NCBI GenBank assembly: GCA_964247055.1 | Contig: OZ176050.1 | Location: 7,192,001 to 7,256,000, forward strand | Reading direction: 5' to 3' | DNA from: Paragordius varius | Lineage: Eukaryota; Animalia; Nematomorpha | Length of the DNA stretch: 64,000 bases | In this document: in pieces, positions 33,254 to 46,736 of the stretch | How the letters are laid out: each line of letters begins with the position of its first letter | Numbering within the stretch: position 1 is the stretch's first letter | Made by a program: the position numbers and the translations under genes | Notes under the pieces: model-generated | What the model was told of the DNA's origin: nothing | What the model saw: the letters and a program-made list of their open reading frames with translations, nothing else | Database searches by the model: none

Positions 33254-36200
33254 ATGAATCCGAATCAGTTTTATCCACAAATGGTAGCTTCGTTTAATAA
33301 ACATAATAAAAACTTGAATACTTCCAACATTATTGATTATGAACCCCTAACTACCTGTGACCCTAACATTAAAACAACTTTTTATTCAACATCGTTTAAC
33401 GACAATAATCAATTGTCAAATTCGTATTCAAGCTTTTTCCCAACCACACATACATTCAAAGGTTATGAGCACTATTTATCACCAAACTATAACAATTTGT
33501 CAAATTTTTATGCTAATCTTTATTCAAATTACAAGGAACAACAACAACAAAACCATCATCTAAATAATTTAGCATTACCAGCACATTACCATAATTATAT
33601 ACTACCGACTCAAAATCCCAATTATTATTATGGTTGTGAGAAAGGGGAAGACAAAGGTTTTAATTTGTTTAACACAACATCACCCAATTGTATGACCTTT
33701 GTTACTTGTACTAGTTCTGCTGTTAATAATACTAAAGATAACTATGGCAAACAACAAAATGATATTACAAGATATTCTAGTTCGAATACTTTTAATAACA
33801 ACCCAATCGTCCATCATGATGATGAGCGGAATAAACTGCATCGAAAAAAGATTTTTAACAAAAACCACATTGATCCAAAGCCAAAATCGCTAAATATGGA
33901 TAATCGTAATAATTTGGAAAAAATGAACAATCCTATAGGAAGCAATTCTCATGTGGATATGCAATTTAGCCCTAAAATGTCCGTCACAGAACATGAGAGG
34001 CATGTTATGCAAAACTCTTTGCCTTTTCACCCAGCTTTGATGTTTAATCATAATTCGCCCGGTAATTTTAATATCACGTCTATTTTACCAAATTTGCCTG
34101 GTCATTTTATAACTTGTACCAAGAATAATGAGTTACTACAAAAAACTGCTAATTTACCATATGTAAATCCAGGGGGCTTGGAAAAAACACCAAATTATTA
34201 TTCCCAACCTAACAGTAACAAAAGTTATGACTCAATACCAGCACATAACGCTTATAACTTTCCATCAACCAACAATCCCTATTGGTATCCATATCATTGT
34301 CAAATGCCACCTCCTCACTATTACAATTTTAATATGACAACTCCCAATTTAATGTCGAGTGCAAACAAACAATTTGGCAATAAAGGAGGTTTGAACTCCC
34401 ATTCTGAATATTGTGACAAGGGTGGTTTTTTGTCATCCATCATTTATTCCACTAATGCCGATAACAATGTAATTCGGAGTCAAGAAATTAAATATCCTAA
34501 AATTGGTTTGGAAGAGGAGTGTATGTTGCCTGATTCTCACAGGGAAGCGATAATTAATCCGACAATGACTTATGACCATCATATTCAACACATTACGACA
34601 AAAAACAACCATATAACGACATGTGATGCACAAAGTAGCAGCAATAGTAGTACACTTTATAGATTATTATCATCATGTGATAAAAAGAAAACAAAAGTTA
34701 GACCAAACGATTTTCCTTCTTATGCAAATAATGTATCATTCACCGATATACCCGGCTACTCTGAACCTAAAAATCTTCAACAAGGTATAAATAAATATAT
34801 ATATCCGAATACATGGAACTTTGCAATATGTAGTAAATCTTTTTTAAGCTTAAACTCGAAATTACATGTATGTATGGTATTAAAAATCGATTTTATTATA
34901 TATATATTATCGTTGGTTAGGTATGTAATATGTAATTTCTTACAATTATTTTATTGTTTATGTTATGATTATGAATGTATATATATAATATGTATTGTCA
35001 CATAAATTTTTAGTGTAGAACAAGCGCATCTTTGTCCATTATTATTATTATACATCATTTTTTGGATGTTAGTTAGTTAATACTTTTTTTATGAACACAA
35101 TTTAAATTTATAATTATCTAAAAAAATTTTCCTATGTTGTGAAAAATAGACTTTGTATATGCGCATACCTATCCATAAAATATAATTTATTGTGCTCAAT
35201 TAGTCAAATTAAATCAGAGATGGCTAATTTTTAATATATTTCTTCCTTAATCATTTGCGAAAGACTGCCCCTTAGGCCTATAAAAATTAGTGTAAAAATT
35301 ATATAAATATATACCATATTTTACTTATATTAATTTTTTAATTGAAATAATATTTTTAACTTTATTTTTTAGCGAAGGTTTATATATAAGTGGCATAATA
35401 TCATTTAGAGAAAATTTTTTACTATTATTAAATTGATTTTTTTAACGAACTCTAACAAATTATTTATTTGTTTGAATATGCTTTTTGGTTTTGTGCTTGA
35501 TACATGATGGTGACTTTAATATACAAAATGGATTTACACATTTCGAGAAGGTCATATTAAAATGTTAAATAACTTTGATGCAATATTATTAAATTAACCT
35601 ATGATGGTCAACCTTTAATAATATTGAAAAATTATTTACTAGCATTTAGGGAGAATATTTTTTATTTAATGATTTTATATCCATAATTTAAGTCTTACTT
35701 TATTCATTTTTTTAATATTTTAATAACAACCATCATTAATTATCGAATAATTTTTTAAACTTATTTAAATTGTTTATATGCGGATAAATTTTATTTATCT
35801 AACTGCTTCATTTGTTACCCAATGCATGTGGAGGGTCAATGACTTTATCTATCATTCTGTACTAATTTTTTGTTTTTTTATATGGACATAAAAGACAAAT
35901 TCTACCCAGTATAATTTTTCATGAATTATACCACATAAATATAACTAATATTAAAAAAATATATTGTAATGATTTTTATAAATTTTTTGTTTGGACCACT
36001 TAAGTATGATATTGTTAACCAATATTTATATAAGCTGGTTAATTTTTTTTATGCCTACATTTGTTGCATAAAATAATTTTACGTTTCATCATACTAATTA
36101 TACACATAATTTTTATTTAATACCTTTTTCTAACGGTTTTTATTGGGAACAGTTTTTTGTGAAATTGTATATTTTTCAGTCAAAATCTACATTTTTTCAT

Positions 36201-39200
36201 TCAAATTCAACATTTTTTTATCCAAACACGACATTTTATTTAGCAAATACAACTAATAATATTGCGTTTGCTTGAATAATGTTACTTTTGACTAAAAAAT
36301 GGTATAATATAAGGATAAAATTGGGACACTATGCTTGGACCTTAGATTAACATTTAAAATATGATTAATTATACGATTTCGCTTTTAAAATTAAACGATA
36401 TTTTATATTTATTTATTTATTTCACTGATATATATTATATCTCAATTTAGATGTTCAAAAAAATTAGATAAAATAGGGTTTATAAAGAGAATGAGATTAG
36501 TGCTGGAATTTGCCTGATGCAAATTAAACTTATTAATCAAGTAAAATGAAAAATATAATTTTATCCAATAATTTCTTACAGACGAAATAATGCAAAGATT
36601 CTAACTTTTTGGAAAATTGACAACATGTCAAATTTTAGTCCTAATAATAAATAATGAATTTTTATCTTATTTAAACTCAAATGAGTGTCATATTATATTA
36701 ATTTTGATAAATAATTTTAATCATTAATAAAATTGGCTTTCAGATATTTTAAAGTTACAAAAGAATTATTTAAATAGGAAATATACTAAAAAATAGATCT
36801 GTAGCTATTTTACGCTATAATATATTCATACACCAATTATATTGATATTGAAATTGTATTTTTTTCACATACATAATATAATATTTTTCTCATCAATCAT
36901 TAGGTGAGTATGCAAAGCAATTTAATTCAAACACATACAATTCACCGGAAACAGAACTGAAAGATATGCCAACTTTAAAACCCATAGTTTGCTTTCCGAG
37001 CCAAATTTTAACACCGCAAAATTCCAATAAAATTATAACGGACCATAATGTTTCGCTACATGATTTAAATATTTACAGCGGTTGTCAAAAACCAATTATA
37101 CCAGATAGCCCAAAAATTAGCAGAAAGAACACACCTGTCCCAGGGAATCATAATGACATTCAAGGCGAGAATATGAAAAATGTCGATACCTTAGAAATGG
37201 TGAAACGATCGAATCCTCAAACATTTGAGGCAAATAATTTTGAACAAACTAAAAGTACGGAGAATTCCGATAAGAATGAGTCCATAAATACGGATAATTT
37301 GAAGGAGACAAAGACTAGCGTACAAAAATCAGGGCCAGGACGTAAAAAATCTCTTGTTGCGCACCCAACGTTAAAAGTATATAACATTTACGGTTTTATG
37401 ATTTTGTTATCAAGGAAGTTTTTCAATCAAATATTACATTAGTTTACTAAAGATGGGCCCCATACGAGTTTTTAATATATGACATCAAAATATATTCAAG
37501 ATTGTGATATATTTTAGTTTGATTTCCACATATTTTCATTAATAAAATTATATTTCTAAATCTAGAATTCGACATTACAAACCCCAAATAACAAATTCAA
37601 CCATACAAAAGACGTTAAATCAGTTAAGAAACGGAAATTATCTATTTCAGATCCTTCAGGTGACAAAATGACCCTTCCCAAAAAGATTTGCCATGGAACG
37701 TTCATGAATAATAAAAAGAGACACGCTGATGAATCAAATGAATCTCAAAGCTCAAAACTATCTTTACCATGCACTCCTAACATAAATGTGCCGTCAAAGG
37801 CTAAAAATAGCACCATAAATAATGTCATGATTAATTTTCCAACAACACCAACAGTTTTTTCATATACGGAATATTCAGGTTTTTATAAATCTTTTGTTAT
37901 CAAATATATATTTTATGAGGTTCAATAGCAATATCATCTTACATAGAAATAGAAACAACATGCATAATTATTAAAATATTTAATATGAAAACACACACTT
38001 ATATATATATTTAATACATACCAACATTTATCATTAACAAATTCAAGGTTATGTCACTTCATTTTTTGGTCAAGAGTTTACAAATTTTGTATCTTTTGGA
38101 TTTTAATGCATTTTTTTGAATTGAATTCAGGTTCTGAGGATGATGAAACAGATTTGGAAAAACAAGTTACTGTCAATCCACAACAACGTATTGAATTGGC
38201 TTTAACTTCAGGTAAGCGTTTATATGACCCATTTGCCAAATCTACTATGCCCGTTCGAATACCCTTAGATTTGTTAATACTAAAGAATCAAACTTTCATT
38301 AACAACGATCATATTAAGAAGGAACATCAAACTTCCTCCATTATGGATTCGGAACGCCCTAAAAGCAAGAGAGGACGACCTTCTGCTAAACTAGATAATG
38401 ATACCAAAAAGAAAAACCATAATGACATTGATAAAGCTACAAGCAATGACAACTTAAGTAAAGATAACTGTGACATGGCTACTTCAATGAGTTTGGATGC
38501 TGCTTGTGAAAAAAGTAATTATTTTTGTTATGTGCATTTTTTCATCTTTTTTTTATAGCCAATACATTCTTGATATGAGGGATAATGGAATGAATAAATT
38601 AAATTTTTTTAAATATTATCTAAACCCAATAGTTTATAAATGAAAAATTTATATTTAGGTGATTAACCAAAGCCAAATACATACAAAAAAAATGAACATA
38701 CAATTTTTAAATCTATATAAATTATTTTAATACTATACTACTGTAATATATAATTTAAATATTTTTTTTGTATTTGTTAGAATTTATTGAAGACGGTATC
38801 GAACTCATCGATAAAATCTTGGCAATCGGTAATTCCACACTCTTTCATAGCAAAAAAGGTTTAAATTTCCTACAAACCAATCATTACCCAAATACATTTA
38901 TACAAGAACATTTACAGTTACACTTTGATCCCAAAGAAGAGACACAAACGATAAAAGATGAAGGGCTATTCGACTCACATCTGGGCACAAATAATGATTC
39001 CAAAAAACTTCAAACTTCCACCAGGATCCAAAATAAACGGCAAAAACTTAAAGTTTATTTGAGTAAACGTCGAAACTTTTTACGTAATAGCCGCACAAAA
39101 CAAACGCCTTCCTCAAATAACCAACAAACCCCTAAAACGAAAGTAATTAAATGTTATTTATAGCTACTATTTTATACATTTACAAAGTTTAATTAAGTAT

Positions 39201-41806
39201 AAAATATTTTAAATATAAATTAGAATCAAACAAATCCTGCCACAAGGGATGTTATCCCATTTCTGTGTGATTGTCCACCCGATCTCAAAGAAAATCAATC
39301 AAAAAAGGATAAATATTATCAAAGTGAGCTCAAAAAATTTTTCCCCAACAAGGCTGTGGGTGAAACAATACTACATACCGTATCACGCCGAAATTTATCG
39401 GTAAAATATTTTGTAATTTGGAAAAAAAAGTTTTTTATTTTTCTAAATCTCCATATTCTGTGTGAATGTCTCAGATTGAAAATTTTTTTACTCGAGTTCC
39501 ATCAAAATTAAAAATAATTTATTGACATCCATATATTTTACTTTATAAATTTAAATTAGTTTTTAAAAAATCACATTATGAAACGCTCAAGAATACAAAT
39601 TTTACATCACAGAGAAAAATCATATTATCTATGGTGGATTAATTATCGACTCTTTTATATTCTGATAGATAAAATATTTTAAATGAAATATTTTTAGCAA
39701 AAAAAACAATTATTTAATTCAAAAAAAATTACTATTTAACTATCCATACAGGACTTATGCTCATATCTACTCCATAGTCCAGAATACAGTAATGAACTGA
39801 GTGTAAATGTTAAAGAACATGCTGGTTATACGCCGTTACATGAAGCATGTCTAGCAGGCAGTTATGACTGCGTTAAATTGCTTCTAAGACATGGTGCGAA
39901 TCCTAATGTAGCCCTTCCCGACGGAACCAGGTATATATACACTTTTATCAACACTCTCCTCAACTTTTGGTTATATATATAGATATATATACTAGCGTAA
40001 ATCTCGTGCTGCTACAGAGCCCGAGGAAGTCCTTCGGACTTCTGGGGAGTGGGGTTCGAAGTTTGGATTTGAATGGGTCTACCGGTTTTCCGGAAACAGA
40101 TCACAAAGTTACATGAGAAATCAGTTTTTAGCGGGTAGCTTCTTACCCAGCAGCAAAAGAAACGCCTGACTAAAATTTTTGCCTTTTAACAGGGAATACG
40201 TGGAATCCATATTGAATTTTTAGGGTCTCATACCTAGGGCGAAAAATAGATTTAAAAAATTATTTTTGTGGACTTTGTTTTTTTAAAAAAAATGGCTTAC
40301 GGGGGTAGCGGGTAAAAAGAGGGCCTAAATCAAAAAGGTGACTCGACTATGTTCGGCGCAATCGAAAATAAGTAAACAAAAATCATATTTGAAATTGAAT
40401 GGTCCAACACGTTCTCCGGAAAATTGTCTCAAAGACACGACTTTTGTGGACTTATGTTTTTTAAAAAAACCCGTTTTTCACACGGGGTGGGCCCGAACTG
40501 GGGGCCTATTTCAAAAAAGGGCGAAGCTATTGTCGGGGCATTCATTAATGATTATATTTTTTCGAAGTTTGGATTTGAATGGGTCTACCGTTTTTCCTGT
40601 ACCAGATCACAAAGCCAGCATTTTCCATTTTTATAAATATATAGATTACGGTTTAATTGGGGTTGTTTTAGCAATCAAAAAATATAACCTCTCCTAATCT
40701 TTAAACCAAAGTCAGATTTTGTGGTTTAACCAATCAGTTGTTAATTACTTGCAATGTAAAACATATATAATTGAATAGGATTTTTTAAACCAATTTATAT
40801 ACTTTTGTATTATAGCAATGATGTCCAATTCTATCAAACCTTTTAAATTTACATAAATTATGAGTCATTAAACTGTTTTTTAAATTTTATTCTTTTAATC
40901 AAACTTATCTATAAAATAATCATCAAACGTTTTAGACCAATCCATGATCTTATGGAATTGGGAAATTTATCGCTCATCAAACTACTTTTGTTGTATGGTG
41001 CTGATGCCAAAATCAAAACTTACGCTGGCAAAGATTATACTGTGTTAGCCAAAAGCCCAAAAATTAAAACTTTTATCAAAGGTTCGGTTTAGAAAACTAG
41101 TTTTTTATATATTACTTTATAAAATTATTGAATTTTCAATTATAATTAATTGATATTTACCCTTCCCAGATTATATATCTATGTGCGACCAAAACAACTC
41201 CAAAAACACCCATACATTAAACAATGCAAACTCCAAAATATCAGCCAATAATCACAATATACTATTTGAAATTAGTGATCAATCATTGACAACTACAGCT
41301 TATATATTCGACTCTGACAAGTATTTTCGTTTATGACTTTAAATTTATTATTTCCATATAAAATTTAAATTATTTTAACAAAAAAAATCATCGGTTATAT
41401 AAATTTTTAAAGCTAACATAATTGTTTTCATCCAGCGCTTAAAGTAACCCATTAAATTTAAAATAAAATTCGATCACCTATATTTATTTAATATTTTATT
41501 TGTTAAAGAAATATACACGTCAATGCCATACATTTGAGTCATATAACATCAACAAAATATACCTGGCCAAAATCCAGTTCCTTGAATGATCTCAAAAATC
41601 AAATATTCCAAGATATTCATAAGACATGCACAACTTTAAAATTAGAAGATATTGAATTAATAATCTCGTCCGATCCGACACAATCTAAAAGGACGGCTAT
41701 TAATCATAATCATAAAGCAAAACGAAACATAAACCAAATATATTTGCGGCTCAATAAACATATCATAAATATTCTTGACAAGAACATTGTCACATATACC
41801 ATTTAA
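33254..41806 (+). CDS. BCOR: BCL6 corepressor-like protein (ankyrin repeats plus PUFD-like C-terminus), 1337 aa, 10 exons
   Basis: Exons 33254-34784, 36904-37376, 37566-37878, 38131-38514, 38781-39142, 39224-39400, 39752-39930, 40936-41081, 41170-41320, 41509-41806, all phase-consistent. NKAVGETILH, AGYTPLHEAC, DGTRPIHD, LLYGADAKIKTYAGK, FIKDY, FEISD resemble BCOR/BCORL1 ankyrin and PUFD motifs. Confidence 0.85.
36170..36302. mobile_element. Collapsed, degenerate copy of the 20297-21624 foldback element, in BCOR intron 1
   Basis: Decayed 21-bp units (TTTTTCATTCAAATTCAACA, TTTTATCCAAACACGACA), inverted TTGCGTTTGCTTGAA, end AAAAAATGG|TATA. Confidence 0.55.
39992..40645 (-). mobile_element. Non-autonomous Helitron, 654 bp, in BCOR intron 7
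   Basis: Minus strand reads A|TCTATATATTTATAAAA ... imperfect hairpin ... TTTACGCTAG|T, the Helitron TC/CTAG termini at an A|T site with no TSD; internal duplication of about 52 bp (40057-40108 vs 40562-40614). Confidence 0.8.
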
Positions 41807-41946
41807 CAATAATTATATAAATCTAACTAATGTCCACATGTTTCAATTATACACATATTAAAATTATTAATAATATAGAAAATAAATTTATTATTATTAT
41901 GTAAAGTTAATTTAGTAAGCACGAATTTGTTAAAAAAACATAACTA

Positions 41947-43145
41947 TTATTTGGTTGTCGTTCTCGTACGCTTATTCCAAGCAAAATTTGATGCATACGA
42001 TTTCGGTTTTATGACGAATTTTCGCTTTTCTTCAACAAAATAATTCCATTTATTTCGTTCGCAATAATCGATGGCCTCTTCTTTGGTGGCGAATTCTAAC
42101 GTCACTTCAATGTTAGATAATGGATCTGCGCTATTAAAGTTTAACAAGCCCTTTCATTAATATTATATTAAAGCACATTATAATTTAACATTTTTTTTTC
42201 AAATACTGTAAATGCCTTTTCGTGGTTCGATGGGTAATTGAATAAATACAAAATATAATTTAATTAAAATTGAAGTAGTTTTAATTATAAGCATCTAATC
42301 AATTATTAATTTTTTTTGAATCTAAAAATATTAAGTTGAGACAATTTATATGTAAGTATACAAAAACCTATTATTGAATGTGTGATTTCCAATAAAATAT
42401 TTAAGATTAAACAATATTATGGAAACACAAAAAACTAATATTCGTTGTGCAAATTTTGTCCACATTAGTACTCCATATCTCATCCCAAAATCAGGTTTAC
42501 CCTAAATGTATTAACTAAATACTTTATAATAATTTTATTATAAGCACAGTAATAAAATATTTTAAGTTTGTTTCAAGTTTGTTCTACAGCAAATTGCACA
42601 CGGATTTTCAAGAAATTGCGTATAGATATTTAATACGAAAGCACGATTAGATAAATAAGGGTAGCTAAAAAAGTTAATATATTTAATAAAAATTTTAAAA
42701 TGTGCTATTGTTTGATCATATATTAAAACTTAATTATATAAATCAGAGAAATTGAAATATTAAATAAATTCTTTTAGCATACTAATTATTTAAAATAATG
42801 AAAACGGTTACCATGAAGTCCAGCCCATAAGGGGATTTTCCCAACGTTCAGGATTATCAAAACTAATCTTCCATTTATGAGTGTTATTTGTACCAGATTG
42901 CATTGTATTGCGAGTGGGAACATAAATTTTAGCTAAGCGTTCTAACATTTGGATTTTAGGGACACCAGAAACAATGGTAACATCTTCTTGTGCCTGTAAA
43001 TAAATAAATTTATAATAATTACTTCATTAATTTTTATTGGTTGTGCCGGTAACGTTTCTTGATTTGGCTTAGGAGCGGAGGTGTATGCGTCATATATAAC
43101 TTTGGGCTTAGTTGAACATTGTCGAAAAAAACGTAAAGCTAACAT
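41947..43145 (-). CDS. NDUFS4: NADH:ubiquinone oxidoreductase subunit NDUFS4, 162 aa, 3 exons (43023-43145, 42812-42993, 41947-42130)
   Basis: IYVPTRNTMQSG, WENPLMGW, ADPLSN...LEFATKEEAI, PKSYASNFAWNKRTRTTTK; intron 1 is 29 nt. Confidence 0.95.
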
Positions 43146-43485
43146 TCAATATAACACATGTATCAATTTAAAACTTTCAAAAGATATTTAGTTTCTTAAA
43201 CCCTAAAAATTAATACCATTTTATATTAAGTATGTATATTAGGTTATTTGAAAATACAATAACGGTATCAGTATCAATAGTATTTACTCAAAAAATCACT
43301 CTTTAACTTGGCCTTTTGGGGTGGTTTTATCCAGGGCCATTTAAATTTTAAATATCTCAAACTTTTAGGAATGGGGTAAAAAAACATTTCTTTACCCTTT
43401 TAGGCGCTTGGCAATAAATTTTCAAAATCTAAAACTGTAAAAAAATCCTCAACTCACTTTTTTCGCAGACATTTTTCGTCTTTAA

Positions 43486-44024
43486 CACTTGGATACTAAA
43501 CATTCATTTCAGTCCTTCGATTCAAATTGGGGTAGTGGATACCTCAGGCATGTTTAAAATTATTTGTTAAAAAATATGGAAGGGAATTAAACCATTGTTA
43601 AAGTTTGCACTTTTATAATATTACTGAACCGAAATATAATAAATTTATTCTAAAATAATTGAAATTACTTATTCAGAGGCAAAACCCAAAGGTAAAAATT
43701 TAGCCAACATGAGTAAAATATCCCATTTTTTCTGTTTATATCAATATTAAATGTAATTTTAATTAAAAGGTAAGCTTAATTTTAGGCTTAGGATCAAAAA
43801 AACGCGATATTTTGCAAAAATGTTTTAGAATAAAAATGGTGTCAGTGGTTTCATACGATATTTCTTTTTTTTATTAAATTTTATTTAGATATTTTGGTTT
43901 GATATAACTTTTATTAGGATAGAAGCATAAATTAAATTGGAAGGGCTTCTTTCAGTAGCTTCTTAAAAAATTTCAACTTAAAAATTGTCTAGGGTATTTA
44001 GATACCCCAATTGGAATCGAAGTG
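43486..44024 (+). mobile_element. piggyBac-type MITE, 539 bp
   Basis: TTAA|CACTT...AAGTG|TTAA; homologous to 24030-24601. Confidence 0.8.
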
Positions 44025-45630
44025 TTAAATACAACCAAAAGCTTACTTTATTTACGTTTTCTGACCATTATCTAATAAAGGAAAAAAAGTCGTTAGGGGA
44101 TAAAAAGTTTGAGATAAATATTTTTAACAATTTGACATTTTTATAAAAAAAAAATTTATATTATGTGCGTAAAAATGAAAGCATAATTTAAATTGGCCTA
44201 TACTTCAAATACTTTCTGAGATATTATTTATCGCATAATGTGTTCATTAATATTTAATTATCAAACCCTCTACTCTTGTCGTAGATAAATAAACCTAATT
44301 TTAAAGTTCTATATTACCGAATTTGGAAAGTTTTAAACCACCATTGAAGGGAACTGATATTACAATCCATAACACAATCTTGGTAGAATGTAATATAAAA
44401 GCTTTCCTATGTTAATTATTTACATTTTTTATAATTTACATTTATTTGTCTGTGATATTAGTGTTTAAAAAATTTTAAATAGAAAAAGGGCGGCGAAAAA
44501 GTTTGAATAAAGATTTTTTTCCGATTTCGCTTTCATATTTTAAATCCCAATACTAAAAATATTTTTTCATTTTTATATTTCAAATGGCTCTGGGGCATAT
44601 AATTTTTTCAAAGGGTCATGAAGTGTTAATTATAATATGTTTTTATAGCCACATATAGATTTTGAAAAATAAAAAAATTTGGCAGCAATGAGATGAGAAT
44701 TAAATATTTTCATAATATATTAGCATACCCAGTAATTCGTCGGTGTTAGACACATTGATTGTAAAGTAATAACAATAACTCTTTTAATTGGTCATAGTCA
44801 ACTATTTCGCTATATATGGCGTCTTCGCGTTTCATGTTCAGTTTCGCAACATCCCTTTTAACCCTATATGATTTAATCAGGGTGACAAAATATTTTGAAA
44901 ATTAAAAATAATAAAATGGATCAATAATCCATATTTACCCACGGTAAAATATGAACGAAAAAATGGCGTTATCAACGCATATATATATATATATATATCC
45001 AAACCAATTATTTACGCATTTCGCGGTGTCAAATTGTGGACCAATTCACGAAATGTCTCAGTCACCCGTATTTATAGAGGAATAAAAAATACACAGTGCA
45101 TGTTTTCCATAAAATTACTTTTAGAAATCCCACTTTTCAAGGGGATTGAAGTGAGGATCTTTTCAAAAAATCGCCCTCATTCGTGAAAATTAAAACTACC
45201 GAATTCTATTAAGCGTACAGGTTTTTCGCAAAATTACTGCCAATATTTTTTAAAAAACCCATGTTTAATGGCTGGGCTAAACACGAATTCCAAAAAAACA
45301 GTTAAGTCACGTTTGGCACATTCGTTATAGAATGAAAAATCCTTTATTGAAACGAAATAAACTTACACGTTTTTCGGAAAAGAGTTTAAATTCAGAATTT
45401 CAGGAATTGCCGTGGGATGGACCAATGAGGGGCAATTAAAAAAATAGGGCACCCTCGCCACATTTATAAATTATGAAAAAATATCCACTTTGCTATTTTA
45501 ATGTGCTTATGAGAATGGCTAATTATTAAAAAACCCTGAATTTTAATGAAATGTTATAATTCAAAAATAATTTTTATTCATGGTGTGTTACAGTTGAAAA
45601 GAAATTAGGGTTAATAAATTTAATCCCTTT

Positions 45631-45925
45631 CAGTGGCGTAGCAGGGAGGAAAGAGTTGATGCACCGGGCGCCATAGTGAAGAGGCGGTGGATTTTAAAAA
45701 AATTAATATTTCAGATAAATAGGTATTAAAAATATTATTTTAAATAATATGTTAAAAATCACACATTTATGAGTGGTCATGACCTGAACAAAATTTTCCT
45801 TTGGATTATCAATATTTAAATGTAAACAACTGTTTTGCCTACCTTTCTTAACCTCAGCCTGTTCATATCCTTCATAGAATCTACCTTGAAATGTTTCAGA
45901 TATAAGAATAAAATCATAATCAATT
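45631..45925 (-). repeat. Left outer inverted arm (CAGTGGCGTAGC family)
   Basis: Reverse complement of about 54052-54362 (shared blocks ATCACACATTTATGAGTG.TCATGACCT and GCCTACCTTTCTTAACCTCAGCCTGTT); same family as the MITE at 3380-3647. Confidence 0.7.
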
Positions 45926-46397
45926 TTATGTTACTTAACTTTCAATGGAAACAAAAGAAAGGAAAAAAACAAAAAAAGCACGGCATAATGTATGTAGTGA
46001 GTATATTATGTAAGGTGACCAGACGTTCCGCTTTTGGCGGGACAGTTCCGCTTTTTCACATTTTGTCCCGCGTTCCGCTACGTTTTTAAAATGTCCCGCT
46101 TTTTCATGATTATATAAAAAAAATTTTTTTTTAATGCAAATAAATTTTTTTATCCGTTTAAATTTTTTATTATTAAATATCTTTAAAAACTATATATATT
46201 TTAAATTAAAATTTTTTAAATATAAATTAAAAATATTTATTTTTTCGAATTTATATCATATGATTATACCTTTCCTTCCTACTACTACTGTCATCTTATC
46301 AAAAAACCAAGTTAATACCACAAATATCTAGATTAAAATACAAATTGATACCACAAATCGTACCTTACACGTTTATTCCAGAAAATTAAGGTAATAT

Positions 46398-46724
46398 TGT
46401 TAATTGGTTATAACCTTAAGTTATATTATTATTATTTATTATATAATTTATATGACATTGTATGTACAAGTATTCTAATTATAGTTGCCAACTTGATAAC
46501 CTTAAATTATACGACATTGTATTTAATAAGTAATCTAATGACTATTATATATATGGATATTTTATATGACATTGTATTTGATACAAATAGTATTCTAATT
46601 TATTATTGTAATTTATCCTTGCTAAAATATATAAATACACCTATACCAACACTGAGCCATCAGTTAATAAATGTACTTAATTTGAGTTATTAATTCATAT
46701 GTCGTCTCTATTCTAAACGCATTA
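46398..46724 (+). repeat. 5' LTR, 327 bp
   Basis: TGTTAATTGG...AAACGCATTA; no differences from 50541-50867 found by eye; internal repeats of TATGACATTGTAT. Confidence 0.95.
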
Positions 46725-46725
46725 T

Positions 46726-46734
46726 TGGTGCCGT
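46726..46734 (+). promoter_or_regulatory. Primer-binding site, probably tRNA-His
   Basis: TGGTGCCGT one base after the 5' LTR, complementary to the usual tRNA-His 3' end (ACGGCACCA). Confidence 0.6.
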
Positions 46735-46736
46735 TA

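Noticed and set aside
34785-35005. C-terminal hydrophobic tail of the 605-aa ORF
   Set aside because: Read-through into BCOR intron 1; the donor at 34785 splices in frame to 36904.
25610-40697. Similar short ORFs at 25610-26067 and 40338-40697
   Set aside because: They are the two Helitron copies, with different frames and stops and no Rep/helicase motifs.
44712-45000. Possible Helitron 3' end (TAGCATACCCAG...) on the minus strand
   Set aside because: Terminus reads CTAA rather than CTAG, and no matching 5' end or second copy was found.
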